Source of the DNA: Reclinomonas americana ATCC 50394
Taxonomy: Eukaryota
Reading direction: 5' to 3'
DNA: 64,000 bases
Assembly: GCA_048213135.1 (NCBI GenBank)
Contig: PS015009.1
Span: 124,001 to 188,000 of the forward strand
The position numbers and the translations under genes were made by a program. The notes under the pieces are model-generated. The model made no database searches and was not told the DNA's origin. It saw only the letters and a list, made by a program, of their open reading frames with translations. Positions within the stretch are counted from its first letter, which is position 1; the number at the start of each line of letters is the position of its first letter. Of this stretch, positions 57,501-64,000 are shown one piece after another.

Positions 57501-57598
57501 CTTGCCACCGCCTGGTAAGGAACCGCTTGCGGCACCTGGGCATGGGTAAGCAACCCGATGCTTAAAGCGATCATGAGGAGCAGGACGTTCTTTTTCAT
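54578..57598 (-). CDS. Repeat-containing fibre protein with C1q-like C-terminus
   Basis: Signal peptide, YQAVARN...SVPYAL domain, GNVGIGT..P.AKLD repeats, C1q-like FTPPVPGVYQV...FSAHLV. Confidence 0.85.
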   Translation of the reverse strand: MKKNVLLLMIALSIGLLTHAQVPQAVPYQAVARNAAGNLVANQNISIRLSILDGSAGGPIAYRERHTVTTNQFGLFTVNIGQGTILNGAFPSINWGVNAKYLKVELDPAGGNSFINMGTSQLLSVPYALFAGSASGANVPNGTMAGNTLRWNGSQWIADNGIYNDGLKIGLGTTVPGSGASPSAKLDIRDEDGNNSDISQTVAGAGFPALLWNKQLGTLAAPAAVTNGTFLGGVQGNYYNGIDYRTGAAMYYVADTTVGNWHPASIQFRTTPFGNNTNTTRMTIKHNGNIGIGTTSPLAKLDIRGNVKIQDGTEAVGRVFTSDATGTGSWQALPPGNVPNGTLAGNTLRWSGASWLADNAIFSDGVKVGLGTTAPGSGNAPTAKIDIWDEDGSNSDIGQTVAGSGFPALVWTKQLGTLAAPQALVKNTFVGGIQGNYYNGAGYNVGAAMYYIADTTSATSFPASIQFRTTGTDSTRNLTRMIIKHNGNVGIGTNNPEAKLDIIGKAKITDGTQGAGKVFTSDANGVGSWATLPGGNVPNGTLAGNTLRWDGTSWLADNALFSDGVKIGLGTTAPGSGNAPTAKIDIWDEDGSNSDIGQTVAGVGFPALVWTKQLGTLAAPEAVVKNTFIGGIQGNYFNGSGYSVGAAMYYVADTISATSFPASIQFRTTGTDSVRSLTRMIIKHNGKVGIGTTTPGVNGYNPYAKLDIRDETGENSDIQQLVAGGGIPAITWAQQGGTLAAPEPIAEGSVFGRLDGNYYTAAGYSQGSSRAASIFFRADTLVDAGNPGSIYFATARYGETIPRTNLIIKHNGNVGIGTQNPSAKLDVRGNVRIVDGTQGSGKVLTSDANGNASWQPASGGTGGGTPHVAFFAGNDVVASQAIPAATVQTVAFGPGYAHFNDGGGYSTATNRFTPPVPGVYQVNVTVNYQGTPGEIVDIALRFPAGHIIKGVQSIPAAGSGVITLSTTYNTNITPGPIWIEAYSSSAVNILKYESGFSAHLVYSNPL
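55035..57187 (-). repeat. Intragenic tandem repeat with a 597-bp (199-aa) unit: two full copies, a third lacking its C-terminal tail, and a divergent partial fourth
   Basis: NVPNGT(M/L)AGNTLRW units begin at 57187, 56590 and 55993 (exactly 597 apart). Confidence 0.9.
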
Positions 57599-57853
57599 TT
57601 TTGTTTGATTTATATTACGTTGGTTGAATACATTACAATTCCAGGCAGACCGCCTGCACAGGCCATTCAGCTACTAATAAGGATAAAAGGGATAAGGGAC
57701 CGGGATCAATGCACTGGTATAGGGGTTGAATACACAGTCAGCAGCGAAGTCACCAGGGAGATGACTTTCCAGTTTAGCACAGATTCTTTATCAAGATAAA
57801 CAACCCGGGTGTAAAACAAAATAAAATAGAGGAAAATAGAAATACTACTAAAT

Positions 57854-57892
57854 GGGTATATTCAGCAGGCCCGTATACTGCTGAATATACCC
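57854..57892. terminator. 15-bp perfect hairpin downstream of outer-membrane protein gene
   Basis: GGGTATATTCAGCAG-9nt-CTGCTGAATATACCC. Confidence 0.7.
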
Positions 57893-57918
57893 GGCGAATT
57901 GATTTTATTAGTGGCCTG

Positions 57919-60309
57919 TTAGTTACTCACTCTTTTTTCTTCGTCGGTTGTCCTTGCCTGTTTGGTTTTATATCTGGATCTTCCAAAACTGAAGGCCGCT
58001 GTAAGCATGAGTCTCTGGTTGCCCGACCAATGAGAGAACCGGTTGTCGATGATCGCCTTCTCCCGGAACTCCCACCTTACAAGATTGGTATTGAAAAGGT
58101 CATAAAAATTGAGTTTGGTATTCAGCTTTCCGCCCAGCCAGTTTTTTTGAACCCCGATATTAACTGATGCTACTGGTTTACCGGTATAAAGTCCATTCCC
58201 GCTTTTTGATTTATAGTAGTAAGAAAGATCGGCTGTATAGCCTTTGGGCAGTGAAAAAACCTGGCTGCCATTGATCGTGTAATCGATTATGCCAATAGCA
58301 TAAGTAACTCCGAAGTAGGGTGTTTGCTCTTTGTTATAATACACCCCTACTGTATGATTTGTTTTCCACCATTTCGTTATCGCGAAACCATAACCCGATT
58401 CTATGCTGGCAAAATCCCTGTAAGGCAGGTTCCTGCCCAGGTAAAGCAATTCATTGGTGACCCTGTTGTATTCAGGATAACGCGACATGGGGTCCTCTTC
58501 CCTTCCAATTGAAAAAGAAAGCAGGAAACTTTTATTGTTGTAGGCAATGTTCAGCAGGTTGGTCACGGAAGGCTGCAAAAAAGGATTGCCTACCCAATAG
58601 TTTAAAGGGCTGAAATAAAAACGGAAAGGATTGAGCTGATCAAAATTCGGCCTGGTGATCCGGCGGGTGAACGCGATATTGATCCGCTGGTTGGGATTGA
58701 TGGCATAGGAAAAACTGGCACCCGGCAACCAGGTGAGATAACGCCTTCTTTCAATGGAGCCCATGGTAATGGCATTCGCTTTTGTGTGGGTATACTCCGT
58801 ACGTAGGCTCAGTTTAACCGTATAATCATCCCACTTACGTTCGTAGGAAACATAGGCTGCGCCGATATATTCGTCATATAAGAATTGGTTGGTGCGACCG
58901 GCATCCGGTACAAAATACCCGCTTCCGTTCAACGTATCATAACGCAGGTTGTTCCGCGTGGTGATGAAAGCGAACTTTCCTCCCAACTCCAGTGTGCCCT
59001 TCTGCAATTGATTGGAATAATCGGCCTGCAGGGTCCGCAGTTGAACATCGTTTTGTAATGTGGTTTTCCAGTAACTCATCAAAGTGCCGGCTAACTGGTC
59101 GGTGTTTTGAATATCTTCTTTTTGCCTGTTCCCGATTTTTGTGAAGGAGCCGAATACATTCAGCCGTTGCCCGCCAAACCTGCCATCATAATTTATGTTG
59201 ATGGCATTGCTCTGCTGGTATGGTGTTGCCTGGTTAACGCTTTGGGTGAACCCAACCGTTTTGTTCCGGGTGGAATCGGTAAAATGAAGGGTGTTGAAAG
59301 CATACATATCCCGGTCAGACTGATAGGTCTTGCCGGATATTTCAATGACCTGTTTTTTTTTAATGACATATTCAACCGCCAGCTGGGCATTAAAATTATG
59401 GAGCCCTGTTTTTCTCACGGTATTCGTGGCCATATAGTTGGTATTGGCCTGGTGCTGCAATGCCTTGTACTCATAAGGCACATCTCCTTCCAGGTATCCT
59501 GACCTAAGGGTATACAGCCATTTTTTTGTTTTGAAGGTCAGCTGCCCATTATTGTCGAAAGCAGCATAATCATTCTGCCGGTAATTCGAACTGATATTTC
59601 CCTGCCAGCCCAGCGATTGATCCCGCCTGAGTTTGATATCGATAATGGCTTTGTATTGTGCATCATAGCGGGAAGAAGGGTTACTGATGATGTCAATGGA
59701 TTCTACCAGGTCGGGAGAAAGGCTGTTTAAATAATTTTGCTGTTCTTCGGCGCTCATGGGTACGGGCTTTCCATCTATGAAGATCACAGGTGTATTCCTG
59801 CCCGATACCAGCAGCGTTCCATCCGGGTTCTCGGAAACACCGGGTGCTTTCCGAACGACATCAAATACATTGGAAGCGGTTTTATATAAACTGTTACCAG
59901 CAACCTGCAATATCATTTTATCAGACCGGTATTGAATAGCGCTCTTTTCACCCACCACAATCACCGACTGCAGGGTCCTGGACTGGCTGGTCAAGCGCAC
60001 TACCCCGAGGTCGATCATGGGATGGCCGGGTAGCGCTTCTACCGGCCGGTACAGGGATATATAAGCCGGGGAGGAAATGGACAGTGTATAGTTTCCGGGG
60101 TGAACCGCCGTGAATTCAAAAAAGCCGCTGGTATCGGACAGGGCTGCTTTGACCCGGGAGGAGTCGGACCCTGCCAGGAGGGTTATACTGGCATAGCCTA
60201 TACCGGCATTACCCGCACTGTCGGTCAGTTTTCCTTTAATGGTTACCTGGGCACGGGCCGGCAATACAGCCAGGATACAGCAATAAAAAACAGGCAAAAA
60301 ACGAAGCAT
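57919..60309 (-). CDS. TonB-dependent-receptor-like outer-membrane beta-barrel protein
   Basis: Signal peptide, carboxypeptidase-regulatory-like N-domain, plug (PGV...IDGK...NPSSRYDA), RRITRP..LNPF...GNPFLQP. Confidence 0.88.
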   Translation of the reverse strand: MLRFLPVFYCCILAVLPARAQVTIKGKLTDSAGNAGIGYASITLLAGSDSSRVKAALSDTSGFFEFTAVHPGNYTLSISSPAYISLYRPVEALPGHPMIDLGVVRLTSQSRTLQSVIVVGEKSAIQYRSDKMILQVAGNSLYKTASNVFDVVRKAPGVSENPDGTLLVSGRNTPVIFIDGKPVPMSAEEQQNYLNSLSPDLVESIDIISNPSSRYDAQYKAIIDIKLRRDQSLGWQGNISSNYRQNDYAAFDNNGQLTFKTKKWLYTLRSGYLEGDVPYEYKALQHQANTNYMATNTVRKTGLHNFNAQLAVEYVIKKKQVIEISGKTYQSDRDMYAFNTLHFTDSTRNKTVGFTQSVNQATPYQQSNAININYDGRFGGQRLNVFGSFTKIGNRQKEDIQNTDQLAGTLMSYWKTTLQNDVQLRTLQADYSNQLQKGTLELGGKFAFITTRNNLRYDTLNGSGYFVPDAGRTNQFLYDEYIGAAYVSYERKWDDYTVKLSLRTEYTHTKANAITMGSIERRRYLTWLPGASFSYAINPNQRINIAFTRRITRPNFDQLNPFRFYFSPLNYWVGNPFLQPSVTNLLNIAYNNKSFLLSFSIGREEDPMSRYPEYNRVTNELLYLGRNLPYRDFASIESGYGFAITKWWKTNHTVGVYYNKEQTPYFGVTYAIGIIDYTINGSQVFSLPKGYTADLSYYYKSKSGNGLYTGKPVASVNIGVQKNWLGGKLNTKLNFYDLFNTNLVRWEFREKAIIDNRFSHWSGNQRLMLTAAFSFGRSRYKTKQARTTDEEKRVSN

Positions 60310-60386
60310 AGCATGTGTTGATTTGATGAAACATAAAGCTATGCTGACACCGTCCTGGCGACGTCCGGTCTGGCGATAATAGTAGC

Positions 60387-60404
60387 ACGGATTTATAAAT
60401 CCGT
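60387..60404. promoter_or_regulatory. Perfect 18-bp palindrome, putative AraC-regulator site
   Basis: ACGGATTTATAAATCCGT between the AraC gene and the receptor start. Confidence 0.55.
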
Positions 60405-60445
60405 ACCCCGTACCAGGAATAAAAAAGTGATTAACTTATTGAGGA

Positions 60446-61531
60446 TCAGGATATTTTATCTTTTCCGATCTGCTCCTTGTATTGGAGTGGTGTGGTGCCC
60501 CTGGCTTTTTTAAAAGAGGAATAAAAAGTGGATTTGGAATTAAAACCGACCTCATATCCGAGGGCTTCCAGTGAAAAGGGATGGTCATCCGCGATCATTT
60601 TGCAGGCCGCGTTGATCCGGTACCCGTTGACGAAGGAAGTGAAGTTTTTTCCCAGGTTATCGTTCAATACCTGTGACAACTGGTGACTTGGCAGGCTCAC
60701 CGCTTTGGCCAGTTCGCCCAGGGTGAGATTAGGATTTTTGTACATTTCTTTTCCCAGCATCAACTGGTCAAGTGCCTGAATGAGAGAGGCAGCATCATCG
60801 TCACTCACTTTTTTCGCGGGGTTACGGGAAGTTGTTATGTTGAAAAGATCATTGGTCTTTTTCCGGTATAACAATACAAAAACGATGAGGTATAACAGAA
60901 AAGAGAAGATCATCGCCCCGCTGAAATATACATTGGCATTCACTGCAAAAAGCAAAGACAACTGGAACGACAAACAGATCATGGCATTACTGGCATAAAT
61001 GGCCAGCAACCATTTTTCCTGGTTACTAAGCCCGGCCAGGGAGATCGTTCCTTTCGCAAATATCTTCGCCCACTGCCTGCGAAGTACAACCGCGGTGGCG
61101 ACCATATACAGGAACCATACTCCGTAAATGAAGTAGATAAAATAATGATTCCAGTAACCGGGATAAGTAGCATAAGGGAACAGTATGCCGGTGAGCACGA
61201 TAATACCCACCAGGACGGCCATCTGCAATTTCCACAAACGGGGAAAGGTATTGATCTGTTCGAGGGTGGACCGTACAAAATAATAGAGCGCCGGGCCTAT
61301 GAGGAAGCAGGCTGACAACCCGATCTGCAGGTAGATCTTCGCCAAACCGGGGTTAAAGTATACGAAAACAGATTTGCCTACCCTTATACTCAGCGCCAGC
61401 AACAGGCATCCCAAAAAAAAGGTCGGCAGATTTTTTTTCCGTGCCAGCAGTATCAAGTAAATTCCAATCACCACACCATTAAAAGCTCCAAGTCCGCCCA
61501 GGAAGAACAGGATATATTTACTTGTATTCAT
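60446..61531 (-). CDS. Membrane-anchored AraC-family transcriptional regulator
   Basis: About 7 N-terminal TM helices; C-terminal HQLSQVLN...NF..FVN.YRI and GFNSKSTFY..FKK..G.TP. Confidence 0.92.
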   Translation of the reverse strand: MNTSKYILFFLGGLGAFNGVVIGIYLILLARKKNLPTFFLGCLLLALSIRVGKSVFVYFNPGLAKIYLQIGLSACFLIGPALYYFVRSTLEQINTFPRLWKLQMAVLVGIIVLTGILFPYATYPGYWNHYFIYFIYGVWFLYMVATAVVLRRQWAKIFAKGTISLAGLSNQEKWLLAIYASNAMICLSFQLSLLFAVNANVYFSGAMIFSFLLYLIVFVLLYRKKTNDLFNITTSRNPAKKVSDDDAASLIQALDQLMLGKEMYKNPNLTLGELAKAVSLPSHQLSQVLNDNLGKNFTSFVNGYRINAACKMIADDHPFSLEALGYEVGFNSKSTFYSSFKKARGTTPLQYKEQIGKDKIS

Positions 61532-61612
61532 GTCTGCGTTAAAGATAATGATTCGGGGGCATTGCCTCAGGCCGGCAGCTGTTAAAAAACGATCAGTCTT
61601 TTATTGAACAGT

Positions 61613-62980
61613 TTACTTTCCGATACAAAACTTACTGAAGATATAATCCAGCAGGTCTTCATTCGACACATCGCCGGTGATCTCGGAAATATATTGCAGG
61701 CAGCGGCGGATATCGGGTGCCAGCAAGTCGCCGGAAACCCGGTTGTCGAGCCCCGTGCGGATGTCCTGCAGCGAAGCATACACCTGCTCCAGCGCGGCAA
61801 AATGGCGGGTATTGGTAACAATGGTATTTTCACCCGAAGGCGCCTGCTCTACTGTTGTATTGTATAACGCTGTCTTCAGTTCTTCCACGCCGGTACCATT
61901 TTTCGCCGAAATAAAATGAATGCCGGGAACAGGGAGATCATGGGTTTGTCCCTGGTCTGATTTATTAGCAGCCAGCAGGTAACGGGTGCCGGCTTTATTG
62001 AAATCGTTTTCCAGTTGTGTAAGTTCATTGGCACTGGTCGTGTTCACATCAAAAATATACAACACCACATCGGCCGACTGCATTTTTTCGCGGCTGCGTT
62101 CAATACCAATATTTTCGACCACATCGGTGCTGTGATCGCGTATGCCTGCTGTATCGATAATGCGAAAAAGAATACCATTGATGTTGAGCATTTCTTCAAT
62201 GGTATCGCGGGTAGTACCGGCGATCTCACTCACAATAGCCCGTTCCTCATTCAGCAATGTATTGAGCAGTGTACTCTTGCCGGCATTGGGACGTCCAATA
62301 ATGGCGACGCTCACACCATTCCGGATCACATTGCCCAGCCTGAAGGAATCGATGAGCTGCCGGGTGGAAAGCATGGCTGATTCAATCAATTCATAGAATT
62401 TTTTCCTGTCGGCAAACTCCACATCTTCTTCACTGAAATCGAGCTCCAGTTCTATCAGGGCGGCAAACTGCACCAGGTTCTCCCGCAGGGTTTTGAGTAC
62501 TTCACTGAATCCTCCCCGCACATTATGCAGGGCCGTACGTTGCGAAGCAGAGCTGTTGGAAGCGATCAGATCGGCCACCGCTTCTGCCTGGGTAAGATCC
62601 AGCTTACCATTGAGGAATGCCCTTTGTGTAAATTCTCCCGGGCGTGCCATGCGTGCACCGTTACGGATACAGGCCTGCAACACCTGCTGCAGCACGTATG
62701 GGCTACCATGACAGCTGATCTCCACCACATCTTCCCCGGTGTAACTGCGGGGATTTTTATAAAGGGAAACAACGGCTTCATCAATGTCCTTTCCCTCATC
62801 GGTTATTAAACCCACATGCAGGGTATGACTGGCCTGGCCGGTAAGATCTTTGGAAGGAAAAATAGCATTGGCGATATCAATCGCCTTTTGTCCGCTCAGC
62901 CTGATGACCCCGATGGCACCAATACCCGCAGGGGTAACAGGCGCAACAATGGTATCATCCCAACCAGAGAGTTTATTCAT
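61613..62980 (-). CDS. mnmE: tRNA modification GTPase MnmE
   Basis: SYTGED, GEFTQRAFLNGK, GRPNAGKS, GTTRD, DTAG, terminal FCIGK. Confidence 0.98.
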   Translation of the reverse strand: MNKLSGWDDTIVAPVTPAGIGAIGVIRLSGQKAIDIANAIFPSKDLTGQASHTLHVGLITDEGKDIDEAVVSLYKNPRSYTGEDVVEISCHGSPYVLQQVLQACIRNGARMARPGEFTQRAFLNGKLDLTQAEAVADLIASNSSASQRTALHNVRGGFSEVLKTLRENLVQFAALIELELDFSEEDVEFADRKKFYELIESAMLSTRQLIDSFRLGNVIRNGVSVAIIGRPNAGKSTLLNTLLNEERAIVSEIAGTTRDTIEEMLNINGILFRIIDTAGIRDHSTDVVENIGIERSREKMQSADVVLYIFDVNTTSANELTQLENDFNKAGTRYLLAANKSDQGQTHDLPVPGIHFISAKNGTGVEELKTALYNTTVEQAPSGENTIVTNTRHFAALEQVYASLQDIRTGLDNRVSGDLLAPDIRRCLQYISEITGDVSNEDLLDYIFSKFCIGK

Positions 62981-63040
62981 GCTGCAAAGATAAACGGCAT
63001 TCGGTAAACGACAGCGGGCAATTGGAAACCCCTGCCACCA

Positions 63041-63568
63041 TCAGTACCCAGATTTTTTAAGGAGCCGTTTATCTTCTTCATTGACATCGTCGATAAAATA
63101 GTGGCGAACTCCAGTAATGGCCACCTCATCCAGTATGTCGATGAAATTTTTATAGGAAGATGCTACGGAGGGTTTGATGATGAGTACCATATCCCCGGCG
63201 CTGCCTCTTGCTACGCGTACGGCTTCTTTTTTCTTTTGCAGCAGGTCGCGGAGTTGCGGCCCGGTAAATGAAATGGATTTAACCTGCGGGTCCTGCTCCG
63301 GCATACCTTCATAATAGCGGATGGTATTGCCTTCATCGGGAATGACGGTGATCACGCAGGAGTTACAAACTTCTGTTGTGATCTTTGACTCCAGTGGTAC
63401 ATGTATATCCATCACTTTAGGTTTTGCCATGGTGGTGGTAAATACAAAAAAAGTGATGAGCAGGAAACCCAGGTCAACCATTGGGGTAAGGTCAACCCGT
63501 GTACTCTTTTTAATGAGCCGTTTGTTTCCTTTCTGTTTGATTGCGGATGTTGCGGATATTTCTGCCAT
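63041..63568 (-). CDS. exbD: ExbD biopolymer transport protein
   Basis: VDLTPMVDLGFLLITFF TM motif, LIIKP...SYKN..DILDE. Confidence 0.9.
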   Translation of the reverse strand: MAEISATSAIKQKGNKRLIKKSTRVDLTPMVDLGFLLITFFVFTTTMAKPKVMDIHVPLESKITTEVCNSCVITVIPDEGNTIRYYEGMPEQDPQVKSISFTGPQLRDLLQKKKEAVRVARGSAGDMVLIIKPSVASSYKNFIDILDEVAITGVRHYFIDDVNEEDKRLLKKSGY

Positions 63569-63616
63569 AACCTGTGACTGAAAAATGAAGAAATAAAAAG
63601 TGAAGGTGCAAATAGA

Positions 63617-63646
63617 TCATCATCCCGGTTATGCCCGGGATGATGA
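63617..63646. terminator. 12-bp perfect hairpin between tonB and exbD
   Basis: TCATCATCCCGG-TTATGC-CCGGGATGATGA. Confidence 0.6.
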
Positions 63647-63654
63647 CATTCTAT

Positions 63655-64000
63655 CTACTGTGCTTCTACCTGGAAGGTAATGGGCTGGCGCCTGTAAGCA
63701 TTTACATGCTGACCGTTCTGTAAGGCAGGTGTCCAGTTTTTTGTTTTTTTGATCACCCGCAGCGCTTCCTGGCACATGCCAAAGCCCGGGTCATTTTCAC
63801 AAATGATATCGCTGAGGCTGCCGTCTTTGCTTACCACGAACTTGATGGTAACGGTATATAAGCCTGGCTCTGCGCCATTGTCTGCCGGAATATTGGCATT
63901 CAGATTTTTCCGGAGGTAATTGCCCCAGGCTCCTTCTCCGCCCGGAAATTCAGCTTCCTTTTCTACTTTCAAAAATATCTTGTTCTCATCATCGGCCACT
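63655..64000 (-). CDS. Energy transducer TonB, C-terminal domain (5'-truncated by window edge)
   Basis: VEKEAEFPGG, FVVSKDG, EALRVI...WTPA.QNG..V...QPITF. Confidence 0.9.
   Translation of the reverse strand, partial: VADDENKIFLKVEKEAEFPGGEGAWGNYLRKNLNANIPADNGAEPGLYTVTIKFVVSKDGSLSDIICENDPGFGMCQEALRVIKKTKNWTPALQNGQHVNAYRRQPITFQVEAQ

Noticed and set aside
54578-57598. Prophage or tailocin interpretation of the tail-fibre-like repeats
   Set aside because: The protein has a Sec signal peptide, and no phage structural, lysis or integrase genes are nearby.
57644-57664. GGCAGACCGC and GCCTGCACA words shared with the terminator at 53231-53253, flanking the fibre operon
   Set aside because: Short, in permuted order, and not arranged as direct or inverted terminal repeats; probably chance.
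1-64000. CRISPR arrays, tRNA/rRNA, IS elements, defence systems
   Set aside because: No regular repeat-spacer array, cloverleaf, transposase or defence-type domain recognised by eye; a covariance/HMM search would be needed to be certain.

Overview
A 64-kb, gene-dense chromosomal window from a Bacteroidota bacterium. The evidence is T9SS type A and type B C-terminal domains, a PorP/SprF gene, TAnnTTTG promoter boxes and a fused E1 alpha/beta 2-oxoacid dehydrogenase; Chitinophagaceae-like is my inference. Housekeeping genes (glmM, cysteine desulfurase, kynA, yebC, grpE-dnaJ, hpt, recG, a DEAD-box helicase, mnmE, exbD/tonB) are interleaved with accessory blocks. Main points of interest: (1) 18692-22875, a three-gene cluster butting into the 3' end of dnaJ. 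It encodes a pseudo-C39/VKOR/thioredoxin fusion, a double-glycine-leader precursor with an 8-Cys 54-aa core, and an active C39 ABC exporter, and has no lanthionine or radical-SAM enzyme. It is a candidate disulfide-rich peptide (RiPP-like) system. (2) Two copies of a two-gene module pairing a predicted trimeric fibre (shared N-terminal domain, collagen or 199-aa repeats, C1q-like tip, no T9SS signal) with a T9SS type A protein that has a shared N-terminal motif. (3) A LytS/LytTR two-component system whose local regulon can be read from 21-bp-spaced direct repeats in front of four neighbouring promoters. No rRNA, tRNA, CRISPR array, integrase or transposase was recognised. Several start codons differ from the ORF track and were re-assigned by eye.
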